Below are positions 23,096 through 36,059 of a stretch of DNA of 64,000 nucleotides, piece by piece (the first letter of the stretch is position 1; each line of letters starts with the position of its first letter). A program made the position numbers and the translations under genes. Source of the stretch: Macrostomum lignano (lineage: Eukaryota); contig NIVC01000617.1 in the NCBI GenBank assembly GCA_002269645.1, forward strand, positions 186,001 through 250,000, written 5' to 3'. The notes beneath the pieces are model-generated. The model made no database searches. It was not told the origin of the DNA and saw nothing but the letters and a program-made list of their open reading frames with translations.

Positions 23096-26000
23096 TGCCA
23101 TTTTATTTGCACAGAGCCATTTTATTTGCACACCCGTGCAAATCGTGCTGACACCTCCTGGCATCGCGGCCAGATCATCAGGCCGCGGATGACCTCGGTT
23201 GGCTCAACGGCCGCGCTTCGGCTGCGGCAGCAAAGCTCAGCACAGCAGGCACAGCAGGGACTCGCAGAGGTCAGCGCAGCGCGCAACGTCGAACTGAGCG
23301 GCGGCGCGAGCGCAACCGGCGAGGGCGACTCCGTGGCGCGGCCAGGCGCCTGTTGTCCCCAGTCCCTGCTACCTCAACTATGGATCCGCCGGGTGGCGCC
23401 GGGGACCAGGAGGCCAACCTCCATCTGGCCCCAGCTGTACCAGGTGGCCGCCTCAGACTCAGCACGATGAACTGCCGAACTCTGAAGGCCCCCTGGCGTC
23501 GCACCATCCTTGTCCAGCTGGCCCACGACCTACAGCTGGACCTCGTCTCTCTGTAGGAGGTCTCTATCGTGGCCGAGCCGGGGCTTCACTCTGAGGACCT
23601 CAGAGCCGGCTGGAGCCTCCTGTACACGTCGGCAGACAACCGCGGCCGGGGCGGTGTCGGCGTACTGATCGGACCGCGCCTCCGGCAGAGCGTGCACTGC
23701 ATCTCGCTGTCCCCGCGACTGATGCGGGTCGACCTGCGACTGCGCGCCCGCTGCATCCGGCTGTTCTGCGCGTATGCACCCACCGCTGCTCACCCCGAGG
23801 AGGCGCGTGCCTTCTTCGACTTCCTGGCTGGGCAGCTGGAAGAGGTGCCAAACCGCGACACGCTGGCAGTGCTCGGAGACCTGAACGCAGTCCCGCGGAG
23901 GTCCGAGCGCTCGCCCTTTGTCGCGGGACGCGAGAACGCCAACACCGATGCGCTGGAGGACCTGCTTGACCGGCTGGACCTGGTGTCCGCGAACACCCAG
24001 TTCCGCAAGCCCCCTGCCCGCCTGGTCACCTTTGCGGGCTGCAAGAGAAGGCGGCGGAACGCACGCGGGCGGAATGCCACGAGGAGACTGGCGCAACTCG
24101 ATCATGCGCTGGTTCGCACTCGCGAGCGCCGCCGCGTCACCAACTGCGACACCATGGCTCCGCTGGCTCTCCGGTCAGACCACCGACTCCTGATCTGCGA
24201 CTTGCGGCTCCGCGACCAGCTCTACCGACCGCCAAAGCAGCGGCCACGGCGCTACTATCGCGCACTGTTGGACACCCACGTAAAGCGTCAATTCGCGGGT
24301 GCCTTCGTCAGCGCGCTTGGAGACCAGCGCGAGGCGGAGTATTCCGACATCAGCACCGCCGTTAGAGCTGCTGCAGAGCAGACGGTCCCGCTGATGCGGC
24401 CAGCGCAAAAATCGTTGCCTGTCTGGCAGAGCGACCCCACCATCAGGCAGGCGCGGCTCAACATCGAGCGACTCCGCAGAAACCGGAGGCCCACAGGCGA
24501 AGCTGAAGACGCATTTGAGCGCCTTCTTGACGAGCGGCAGCAGGCCGCTGTCGACGACGCCATTAGGTCCATCACTGCAGCCGGCCCCGACGTAAAGAGC
24601 CGCGCAGTGTGGACGGCCGTCCGGACTCTGACGGGGCGCAAAAAGCGCGTGGCGCTGAATCTGGCCGGCGACACTCCGGAGGAGCGCAGGAATGAATTGC
24701 GCGACTTCTTCGCCGGCATCGTGAACGCGCCCGCATCGCCGCTGCCCGCCAGCTTTGCGCTCCCACTGGACACGCCGCTCCCAGCTGAGGAGGACTTCTG
24801 CACCAGACCAGTCACCACGGAGGACGTTGTGCTGTTCGCTCGGAAAACATCAGGCGGCAAGGCGCTCGGCCCCGACGAAGTCCCGGTCGAAGCGCTGCGG
24901 CTCCGCTGTGTGGCCTCCCAGGTCACAGGCGTCATGAACCGCGTGCTCGCCGGCGCTCCTGCGCCCACCGAGTGGACCGTCGCGCACATCGTGCCAATCC
25001 CGAAGAAGGCAGGGACAACGCGGAAAGAAGACCACCGCGGGATCTCGCTGATTCTTGCACCGCGAAGCTTTTCAACCGGCTGCTGCTCGATCGTCTCCAG
25101 TCGGTGCTGGACCCGTACCTGCGGTACGAGCAGAACGGATTCCGGCCGCAACGCGGTACAGTGACACAGATCCTCGCACTCCGCCGTGTCATCGAGGAGG
25201 CGCGCATCCGCCAGTCTACGCTGATCATTGTCTTCGTTGACTTCCGAAAGGCGTTTGACTCGGTGTTGAGAGCCGCTCTCCCCTTCGTCCTTCGAGCCTA
25301 CCGGGTGCCCCAGCAGCTAATCGACGCTGTCATGGCGCTGTATTGCGATACTCGAGATGCTGTGGTGACGGCGGACGGCCTGTCTGACCTGTTCGACACC
25401 TGCAGGGAGACACCTTGGCGCCGTTCCTCTTCGTGCTGCTGCTGGACTGGGTGCTTCGGACCGCACTCCCCTCGGCTAATGACGGCTTCCTGCTGCGCAG
25501 ACGCATCGATCGCCGCCACGGCGAAAAGCGCCTAAGCGTGCTTGGCTACGCCGACGACCTCACCCTCCTGTCCTCGTCTGTTGGAGGCGCCCAACGCCAG
25601 ATCGACAGGTTGGTCGAGGTAGCATCGAGCGTCGGTCTGGTTGTCAACGCGCTAAAGACCGAGGTGCTGACTGTGCCGGCCGACATCCCAGCAGACCTGA
25701 CATGCCGCGGCGCAGACGGGCAGACGACCAGGCTCGCACGCTGCCAGCGGTTCACCTACCTCGGCGGTCTGGTGCCCCACGTGGAGGAAGACCTCCGGCG
25801 GCGCAGAGGACTTGCCTGGGCGGCCTTTCGTTCGATCCGAGCCGTCCTCCAGTCCGAAGCGCTGCCCGACCGCCAGAGGGCTCGGCTGTGGCAGGCGGTG
25901 GTCGAAACCGTCCTGCTCTACAACGCCGAGACGTGGACGCTGACGGCTACGTTGGAGCGGCAGCTGGACTCGGCGCACTCAGGGCTGCTCCGTGCGGCCT

Positions 26001-26361
26001 TTCGAGCTGACGAGAGCGTCGGGACCGAGGCCCTGTACGATCGGGCCAAGCTGCAGCGCCCGTCCACCATCCTGCGCCGACGGCGACTCCAACTGGCGGG
26101 CCACGTGATCCGGGCCGAGGGCTACTGCCCCCAACCCGTTCAGGACGTCCTGCTGCTCACCTTGCAGGGCCCGTTCAGGCGGGGTCAGGCCCGAACCCGT
26201 CGATACGTGGACTGCCTGCTGTGCGACGCTGGGGCGCCCGACACTGCCAACGGAGCGGATTTCGTTCGCTCCCAGGCTCTGCGGCGCGCTATCTGACGCG
26301 CCCTGCTCTAACTGACTTTGCTTGCGGGGCCGCGTATTTTGTTGTTGTTGTTGTTGTTGTT
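23096..26361 (+). mobile_element. Full-length RTE-like LINE, single APE-RT ORF (about 23380-26296) with one stop, a frameshift and a short deletion
   Basis: TSD GTTAAAGAGAAT at 23084-23095 and 26362-26373, and a (GTT)n tail. APE motifs TMNCRTL, GVGVLIG, CAYAPT, LGDLNA, SDHRLL. RT motifs EQNGFRP, FVDFRKAFDSV, GYADDL, FTYLG. C-terminal LLYNAETW and RLQLAGHVIR. TAG at 23554, frameshift near 25055, SSGV codons missing near 25405. Confidence 0.93.
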
Positions 26362-29300
26362 GTTAAAGAGAATGCATGATATGTACTTTTGCAAATGTAT
26401 TTTAGGATGCATGCATACACTCAGAAACATGTTGTTTTCACCCCGAAACCAGTGATCAACAAGTAGCAGCTTTAATACAACTCTAGTCGCAACCCCGATC
26501 CACTTTCTCCTGACCAGCCTAAGCCAAGCCTAAGCCTAGCTCGCATTTGTGACGCGAATTGCATCATTCCCACAGTTGAGAGAATTTATATAGAAGAATT
26601 GATGTAGAGAATTATTTAGAATTTAGAATATACGAGCTACTATTGAGTTTTATATCGAAAAACAACAATAAATGAATTGACGATAAGGACCAGACTTTCA
26701 GCAGTGATGCAACGGCACATGGGCTCCTTTCCCGATAAATGTACGAGTATACTTACTAACTGTCCTAGTAGCAATAGTACTTTTTCTACCCCCTCTCTTA
26801 TCTACACAGGTATCTTCCCTCTTAATTTCCCTCTTTCCTATCCCTTTTGTACACAATTGTCTTTGGTCTTTTCCTTCTCCTCATGCTTTTTTCTTCTTTT
26901 CCATTGTGATTCTACTCCACAGCATACTTTTTCGGGTCATTAATTATGTACAGGTACATGTAGATGTAAATCGCAATGGCCGGCTATCTACCCTAGTTGA
27001 CAATCTTAAGAATCGTCTGACAATTAAATCTGACGATGACTTACAAAATCTAGGAAGATCTGATAGATATCAAGTTATTAGACAGCCACCTGGAATGTGG
27101 GTCTGTGGTCAAAAAAGACAATAGCACCAGATGGTCTTGGAGAATCACGTGACTGGCGCTTTTTTCATTTTTTTGACGGGCCATCGATCTCATGAGATTT
27201 TAACATCAATTGTTTCGTATCATCAGAGCGTGACGATATTTATTTTGACATCTGTGACCTGGCCCTACCTCAATTAACAGTCCATGTTTCAATGCCTTAG
27301 ATTTGCTCTAAAATAAATAAGTTATCTTGGCAGTCAGCAACCAATTTTTTTCGCGTTTTCAATTTGTACGTACGAGCTTGACTACAGTTAATTACCACGG
27401 CTTTCACGTAACAGAAAATACTTATAAACTCATTTTTGTTCATTTAATATTTAAAAAACTTTTTAAAACTCTGAAGTAATACATCATTTAAATTTATATA
27501 ATAATTAGTGGATATGGTTTTGTTAATCTTTTGAAAGAATTTGCATTAGGAGCCTGGCTTATCTTTATTAGAAATAAAGAAAGTACATGAACGACTTAAA
27601 ATATTCGTCATTTTTCACATTTGGCTAGGCCTATAGGCTATACATTAGTGATTGGGCACATCATTATTAAAATCAGAAACCTGAACTTTTTATATCTTGT
27701 CATTGACCTATATCAGGGTATGATACTAAGAAATCATTTAGTCTAGTACTTGAGACTTAGGCGTACGCGTAGGCCTAGGGGATTTCTATTGGTTAGGACT
27801 TAGGACTTAGGAGTAGGACTAGGATTAGGTTAGGCCTATACTATTAATTTTGAAAATCATCCTTAATAATTAGGCCTAAGCTGAGTTCTAACTAAGTATT
27901 GCTAAGACCATGCATTATGACCATGTAAATCATTTTCACTTGTATGTTGTATGTATAAAAACAAAATAGTATAGGCCTAGTATACAGTATAGGCCCTATA
28001 CCCTAGCTAGGCCTATTCACATATAATGTGAATGGCAAGTTAAATTTTGAATTTGTCATTATGTCAAGTAATTAAATTAAAGCCCTACCCATTAACTTGA
28101 TGAATATTGTTATGTTATGTGTAGACATATAAATGCTTAGTTGGCCTAGCCTAGCCTAGTAATTAGAAATTTGTATTTTCAAGTAGGCCTAGTTTATAAT
28201 CATGATATAGGCCTATAGCATACACAGCAAACAACACAACCTCTGAAGTTACATTGGCCATGTGGTTCCGGCCAAAGTTGTTATATTCGAGATCATCATC
28301 TGCGGCTTATGAGAAAAACAAATAAATTATCTAAATTGTCATTATCTCAGTATTACTATTAGACAATGCTGCATTCACTAAATCATCATATTGTGTTGCA
28401 TTGGCTGCGCAAGGATCTCAGCTCATGGCAGCAGTGTGTTCTTGTTTGCTAATAAATTAAAATGATTTATAACTTAAGGCTTATTCAAACCACCATCAAA
28501 TGAGCTATCAAGATCAAATAGTCAAATACAAAGGAATCAAATTAAATGAGCCTTTATAGGCCAGGGCAATAATCTTGATCATGCATGTACATTGTGTAGG
28601 GGCCTACACTGTACAATGTAACAATGTACATTTAGTTCTGTGATCTCACAATGATGTACATGTGCCTACGAGTATATTGCATGAATGAGAATAGAGATAT
28701 ATGTATATGCATATGCTTACACTAAATTTTGAGCACTCCTGCAATGCTTTTACTATAGCTTTTTTTGGATTTTTGCTTGAAAGTAAGAAAATCCTAAATT
28801 AATACACCCTTGCCTTTGGTCTAAGTCATCATATTTAAATGTTTAAGTCTTCCCGATTTGTTCAAGTCATCATTATCATATGACGATTTTGAATATGACA
28901 ATTTTGGCTGTACCCGGCCATGTGGCTTGGGGTATTAGACCTATTATTTTAAGCCTTGGTTTGAATAAAGTCAAAAGCAAAAATGTGACTTGTGACTAGT
29001 GGTCTTATTAGGTGTATTGACCCTAAGGAATATTCCCAAAGGTCTCAAGGAGCTTATCAGGGAATATTCCCTGGGGAATGGGACCAGGGAATTTGGGGAG
29101 AAAAAATAAAAAATGCATTTGTAACTTAATTTTTGCCATTTAAATAAGAAAATAATTTACAAAGTAGATTTAAATTCTGTCTATGCTCTTTTACTATATA
29201 ACTACTTATTTCAATGTATTATTTTAAACACAATACACATTTGAATGTTTTTTCACTAGTAGTCTTTTAATCAAGCAAATTGCACATAGAAACCTATTAG

Positions 29301-29787
29301 GAAAAAAGCCTTACCAATTATTATATAGGTCTGTATTGATAGCTTGATGCATTTAATGCAGGCATAGTACTGCATCCTATGTTAGTCAATAATGCATAGG
29401 AGGGTATCATATAATAACAAAAGACTCTTTATTAAACAAGGACTAAATTTTAATTTATTTGCAAAAAAATTTTGATTCTTAAAACAGTCAGCAAGCTGCT
29501 ATTATCCAATTGCTATATAATGTCTTGCTTAGTTCTTCTTAGTCTTCCATGATTGTAGCTGCTAAGTGCACATTTTCTGTCTCTATACTCTCTAGTGCAC
29601 ACAATTAGGTGATGCCACATTGTTAAATATAGTTTTAAAATAAACATTGCTAAATTTTTTTCATCCTTGCAACTTGAATATGTAGTCTAAAGCTTAAATT
29701 AAAGCTTAAATCAGCAATTTTCCTGATTTTATCCATAGACATTTCCACATCTTTCTGACAAATTCAAAGTTGAATTGTGCTAAGATA

Positions 29788-30450
29788 TCTAAATATACTA
29801 AATCTCTAAGGTTTGTATGTTTGAATGCTTGCTTGTCCTTGTCCATAACGCTCTAGTCAAATATACTAAAAATGAAAAAATTGCTTGCTTGCTTCTATAC
29901 TTGTATGCAATCGATTATCTCCCAAAAGGCTCAACCGATTTTCTCCGTTTCTTCGCCAAAAGATGTCAAATGTGCCCGGGACGGTACATGTAATTTTATT
30001 AAGCTCTAACTCAATGCTAAGGGGATTAAATATTTGAAAAACTGTTTTAAATGGGTTTTTTCAATGCAAATTTTATCAGCAAGAACTTCACTGCCAATTT
30101 AATTGATTGTGCCAGAGCCAACTGATAAGAAAACTCACTAGGCCTCACTGCCTAAATAATTACTCTATTTAACTTGCGTAACCAATTAAGGGAGGATAAT
30201 AAAAATTCTGGATGCTGGCAGACAGCCTACCCCAGCTAGTCCTATATACTAAAAATGAGTTGTCTATATATATATGGGTATGCGATTGATTTCAGAAAAA
30301 AATGGCTCAACCAATTTTCTTCAAACTTGCACCATTCAATCAGAAATTTTCCTGGGATGGTACATGCATCTTGGCTAAGAAATTGCCCAATGTTAAAGGG
30401 ATTAAATATTCGAAAAACATGCTTTTTTGCAAAGGTCAAGCAGCTCTTTT
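29788..30450 (+). mobile_element. Three head-to-tail non-autonomous Helitron-like units (starts at 29788, 29857, 30240)
   Basis: Each starts with TC(N)2-3ATATACTAAA. The junctions read CTAG|TC (29853-29858, 30236-30241). Units 2 and 3 share an AAA(G/T)GGCTCAACC(G/A)ATTTT motif. A GC hairpin precedes CTAG at 30236. The end of unit 3 is not defined. Confidence 0.6.
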
Positions 30451-30834
30451 GACCTGAAATGCATTGTAAGAATGCTAGAAAAAACACTGACTGACTGAAT
30501 TTCAATTCTGATAAAGATTGCATCACAACAAGTTGAAAACAGTGTCAAAGAAATGCACACAAGACTTGATTAAAATTGCGTAACCATATTGCTAACTTAA
30601 ATTGAGACTGATACTGGCTCACTAAGAAATTGATTATGTTATAACTTTTTACTCTAACCGACTTGCTGTAAGAATTGAGTTATAAGGGCAGCAATTCATG
30701 TTCTCCAATTGAAAAGAGATAGCCTAGATGCGAACAGACTGGACTGCTAATGTAGCGACCTGGGTTCCAATCTTAGTAGTGCAAAAAGATTTTTTTATTA
30801 AAACACCTTAAAAACCAAAAATGTTACACATAAA

Positions 30835-33190
30835 GAAGCGCAATGTCAAACATAAAAGTGGCACCATGTCAAAAATAAAAGAGTCACCATGTCAAACATA
30901 AAAAAGCCACCATGAAAGATATAAAGGAGCCACCATGTAAGACATAAAAGAGCCACCATGAAAGATATAAAGAAGCCACCATGTCAAACATTAAAGAGCC
31001 ACCATGTCAAAGATTAAAGTGCTACCATGTCAAACATTTAAGAGCTATCATGTCAAACACAAAAGAGCCACCATGTCAAACATAGAAGAGACATTATGTA
31101 AAACATGCACGTGACTCCATGTCAAACATTAAAGAGCCACCATGTCAAACATTAAAGAGCCACCATGTCAAACATAAAAGAGCCACCATGTCAAACATTA
31201 AGAGCCACCATGTCAAACATTAAAGAGCCATCATGTCAAACATAAAAGAGCCATCATGTCAAACATAAAAGAGCCACTATGTCAAACATAAAAAAGCTAC
31301 CAGGTCAAACATAAAAGAGCCACCATGTCAAACATATACGTGACTTCATGTCAAACATTAAAGAGCCACCATGTCAAACATTAAAGAGCCACCATGTCAA
31401 ACATAAAAGAGCCACCATGTCCAACATTAAGAGCCATCATGTCAAACATAAAAGAGCCATCATGTCAAACATAAAAGAGCCACTATGTCAAACATAAAAA
31501 AGCTACCAGGTCAAACATAAAAGAGCCACCATGTCAAACATATACGTGACTTCATGTCAAACATTAAAGAGCCACCATGTCAAACATTAAAGAGCCACCA
31601 TGTCAAACATAAAAGAGCCACCATGTCCAACATTAAGAGCCACCATGTCAAACATTAAAGAGCCATCATGTCAAACATAAAAGAGCCACTATGTCAAACA
31701 TAAAAAAGCCACCAGGTCAAACATAAAAGAACCACCATGTCAAACATATACATGACTCCATGTCAAACATTAAAGAGCCACAATGTCAAACAACAAAGAG
31801 CCACCATGTCAAACATCTATGTGACTCCATGTCAAACATTAAACATACAAAAGAGACAACATGCCACACAATAAAGCCACTATGTCAAACAATATGTGAC
31901 TGCATGTCAAACATTAATCATAAAAGAGACACCATGCCACACATAAAGGAGCCACCATGTCGAGCATATACGTGAATCCATGTCAAATATTAAAAAGCCA
32001 CCATGTCGAACATAACACAGACACAATTTCAAATATAAAAAGGCCGCCATGGCAAACATAGAAAAGCCACCATGTCAAACATTAAAGTGCTACCATGTCA
32101 AACATAAAAAAGCCACCATGTCAAACATTAAAGTGCTACCATGTCAAACATAGAAAAGCCACCATGTCAAACATTAAAGAGCTATCGGGTTAAACACAAA
32201 AGAGCCACCATGTCAAACATAGAAGAGACACCATGTCAAACATAGAAGAGCTACCATGTCAAACATCTATGTGACTCCATGTCAAACATTAAACATACAA
32301 GAGAGACAACATGCCACACAATAAAGCCACTATGTCAAACATATATGTGACTGCATGTCAAACATTAATCATAAAAGAGACACCATGCCACACATAAGGG
32401 AGCCACCATGTCGAGCATATATGTGAATCCATGTCAAATATTAAAGAGCCGCCATGTCGAACATAACAGAGACACAATTTCAAATGTAAAAGGGCTGCCA
32501 TGGCAAACATAGAAAAGCCACCATGTCAAACATTAAAGTGCTACCATGTCAAACATTAAAGTGCTACCATGTCAAACATAAAAAAGCCACCATGTCAAAC
32601 ATTAAAGTGCTACCATGTCAAACATAGAAGAGCCACCATGTCAAACATTAAAGAGCTATCGGGTTAAACACAAAAGAGCCACCATGTCAAACATAGAAGA
32701 GACACCATGTCAAACATAGAAGAGCTACCATGTCAAACATCTATGTGACTCCATGTCAAACATTAAACATACAAGAGAGACAACATGCCACACAATAAAG
32801 CCACTATGTCAAACATATATGACTGCATGTCAAACATTAATCATAAAAGAGACACCATGCCACACATAAGGGAGCCACCATGTCGAGCATATACGTGAAT
32901 CCATGTCAAATATTAAAGAGCCGCCATGTCGAACATAACAGAGACACAATTTCAAATGTAAAAGGGCTGCCATGGCAAACATAGAAAAGCCACCATGTCA
33001 AACATTAAAGTGCTACCATGTCAAACATTAAAGTGCTACCATGTCAAACATAAAAAAGCCACCATGTCAAACATTAAAGTGCTACCATGTCAAACATGCC
33101 ACCATGTCAAACATAGAAGAGACACCATGTCAAACATTAAAGAGTCACCATTTCAAACATAAAAGAGACACAGTTTCAAACATAAAAAGA
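30835..33190. repeat. 21-22-bp minisatellite (AAAGAGCCACCATGTCAAACAT)n with higher-order blocks
   Basis: About 100 monomers, with larger periods near 206-230 and 450-474 bp. Confidence 0.95.
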
Positions 33191-33436
33191 AGTGTCATGC
33201 CAAACAAAATGGAGCCGTTATAAAGCTAAGGAAATTGTTGCATTAGCTACTTGTTCTTTGGTGGACGAGATAAGAAAACTGTTATGACACAAGATGAGAA
33301 AACTATCATTGCACAAGATGAGGCAACTATAATTGTACAAGACAAGAAAACTGTAATTTCATTAGATGAGAAAACTATTATTGCATTAGCTTAGACGACT
33401 ATTATTGCACAGGATGAGAAAACTATGATTGAACTA

Positions 33437-34010
33437 GGGGGATCATTTTAAAACTGACTGAGGGATCATTGCAAACCTGACTGGGGGATCATTGCAAACC
33501 TGATTGGGATCTTTGCACACCTGACAGGTAGATTATTGCAAGACTGAGTAGGGGATCATTGCAAACCTGACTAGGGGATCATTGCAAACCTGACTGGGGG
33601 ATCATTGCAAACCTGATTGGGATCTTTGCACACCTGACAGGTAGATTATTGCAAGACTGAGTAGGGGATCATTGCAAACCTGACTAGGGGATCATTGCAA
33701 ACCTGACTGGGGGGTCATTGCAAACCTGACTGGGGGATCATTGCAAACCTGACTGGGGGATCATTGCAAACCTGACTGGTGGATCATTGCAAACCTGACT
33801 GGGAGATCATTGCAAACCTAACTGGGGGATCATTGCAAACCTGACTAGGGGATCATTGCAAACCTGACTGGGGGATCATTGCAAACCTGACTGGGGGATC
33901 ATTGCAAACCTGACTGGGGGATCATTGCAAATCTGACTGGGAGATCATTGCAAACCTGACTGGGGGATCATTGCAAACCTGACTAGGGGGTTCATTGCAA
34001 ACCTGATTGG
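33437..34010. repeat. 22-bp minisatellite (GGGGATCATTGCAAACCTGACT)n
   Basis: Direct periodicity. Confidence 0.96.
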
Positions 34011-35371
34011 GGTATTGTTGGTAGATTCTTAGAAACCAATTCTGCAATGTGGATTACCAATTTTATAAATAAATGGTACAAAAGTTTTCTAAGTGTACTC
34101 ATACTTTAAGACACCATGCTTATTGTTACCAATGACGGCATACTAATCGCTACTAGAATTTAAATAAATAAATCTTGCTCTTTCTTATCGGCCACCCCAA
34201 AGGGGGGCACTAGATTGCTAGTCTTAGAGCTAATGCTTAAAAAGTTTGAAAGTTAAAAAATACAAATTTATATTAGGCCCTAGCTCTAAAATATTTTACA
34301 ACTCATTTATGTAGCTTTTCTAAAGAGTTTTGTGTCAAAAAAGCTTTTGTAAGATTATTTCTAATGAAAAATATATGAGCACCATAGTAGTTTGAATTAT
34401 TTAAGTTACTATAAAGCCTATAATAATAAAGAAGTTTTAAAGCTGATTTTTATGTCATAACATATATCATAACATATCAAATTTAACTTTGGCACCCTAA
34501 ATTAAAGTTGGGGACACCCCAAATGCCAAATTGGCACCTTGTTTTTTCCAAGCTATGAATAGATGTTAGCTAAAGTTATTATTCTTTATAATTCATGTTT
34601 AGTTTGATATAAAAATATTATAATTATTGGGATTCTTACAATTTTAAGATTTTTATCAATTGTAAAGTTTGGCTATAGTTATAGACATAGCTAGTTGTCT
34701 ATAGGAGGCTATAGATAATTGTTTTCAGATTGAAAATATAGATATGGATATGGTATTATTAGTTCCAAAGCTTTTTTATAGGGAACTCTTAAAGTCTCCG
34801 GGGTTAGAGACTCAAGTAAAAAATTTTTGACACCTCCAGCAATTGGCACCGCCCCCCATTGGGAAGCCAACAAAGAATGAAATAATTTTTTAAATAAACT
34901 AAATGTAACTTCTGATCTCTTAGCCTTGATATCTGAGCAATCCCCACTATAATCTTTGACATCTTGATTCCCTCCATAAGCCTTGACATCTCTGCAATTC
35001 TTCCCAAGAGTCACAGAATTATAGCAATTCTTCCAAGCCTTAATGATCTTAAATGATTCCCAAATGAATCTTTTATGTCTAACATGACGCTTCTCTTATG
35101 TTTGAGATGATACTTCTTTTATAGAGACAACCCATTTTTAGTGTATAGGTAAGTATATGAATTAATGTGACTGCACTGCCTACTTCTCATACATACTCAT
35201 ACTCAGGATTGATAAGCACTCACATAGAAATCTTAGGTCGTACCGGCAGTTTAAAACTAATTTTTAGCAGTTTAAAAATGTCTTTACAAATGTTTATCAA
35301 ACCCATCATATTAATAGTTGAGTTTTGTAGACGTGCAGTACTATTGTTGCAGTCTCTTTACTCCAGTTAAA

Positions 35372-35974
35372 ATGAGCAACCAGAAGCAGCAACAGCAGTC
35401 GACTGCTTCTTCAAATTCTGCCGCAGCAGATTCAGTAGCGACAGATTCTGTCGATGTACAAACAGTTAAACGATTGCTAAACGAATGCGGCGTGTTTGAC
35501 TACGAGCCGGCCGTGGTGCAACAGCTGGTAGAGTTCATGTACCGGTACTGCACAGACCTGCTGGACGATGCCAGGGCTTATGCTCAACACGCTGGCAAGA
35601 AATCTGTAGATTTAGAAGATTTAAAACTAGCGTCCGCCTGTCACGCCGACTTAGATCTGGTGTCGCCGCCGCCTCGTGAACTGCTGACCGAGGTGGCTCA
35701 GGCTAAAAATGCTCAACTATTGCCGCCAATTAAAACTTATTGCGGAGTCCGTTTGCCGCCTGAGAAGTTTTGCTTAACCCAGCCGAATTATAAGGCTAAG
35801 CTGCGCAAAGCCGAGGCCAGGGCGGCTGTGGTTGCGTCTGGCGCTGGCGGCAGCAGATCTGGCGCGGTCGGACACGGGCTGGTGTCGACGCCGTCGGCTA
35901 GGTCGTCTGCCAGATCATCAGCTCCGACAACCGGTAGTGGCACATTGAAACGGAAGTTTACCGAGGCTGATTAA
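35372..35974 (+). CDS. TAF9: TFIID subunit 9 (histone-fold TAF), 200 aa, single coding exon
   Basis: Characteristic TAF9 sequence: GVFDYEPAVVQQLVEF.YRY..DLLDDA..YA.HA.K..VD.EDL.LA, PPPRELL..VA..KN...LP.I....G.RLPP...CLT.PNY. ATG at 35372 follows an acceptor-like ctttactccag. Confidence 0.97.
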   Translation: MSNQKQQQQSTASSNSAAADSVATDSVDVQTVKRLLNECGVFDYEPAVVQQLVEFMYRYCTDLLDDARAYAQHAGKKSVDLEDLKLASACHADLDLVSPPPRELLTEVAQAKNAQLLPPIKTYCGVRLPPEKFCLTQPNYKAKLRKAEARAAVVASGAGGSRSGAVGHGLVSTPSARSSARSSAPTTGSGTLKRKFTEAD

Positions 35975-36059
35975 TGATTGTCCCGCATTCTAGATATCAA
36001 TCTTTTCACTCTGCAACCTGCTCGATAATGCGAGCTGTCTTCTTATTTCACTGGCTTCA

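Noticed and set aside
23096-23380. HDV-like ribozyme in the RTE 5'UTR
   Set aside because: Several stems exist, but no P1-P2-P3-L3-J4/2 order with an HDV-type L3 could be built.
12112-25151. Many antisense ORFs within the LINEs
   Set aside because: Expected shadow ORFs of GC-rich coding sequence, with no independent domains.
30720-30790. tRNA gene candidate (TAGCCTAGATG ... GGTTCCAATC)
   Set aside because: A and B boxes are degenerate and there is no cloverleaf; at most a SINE remnant.
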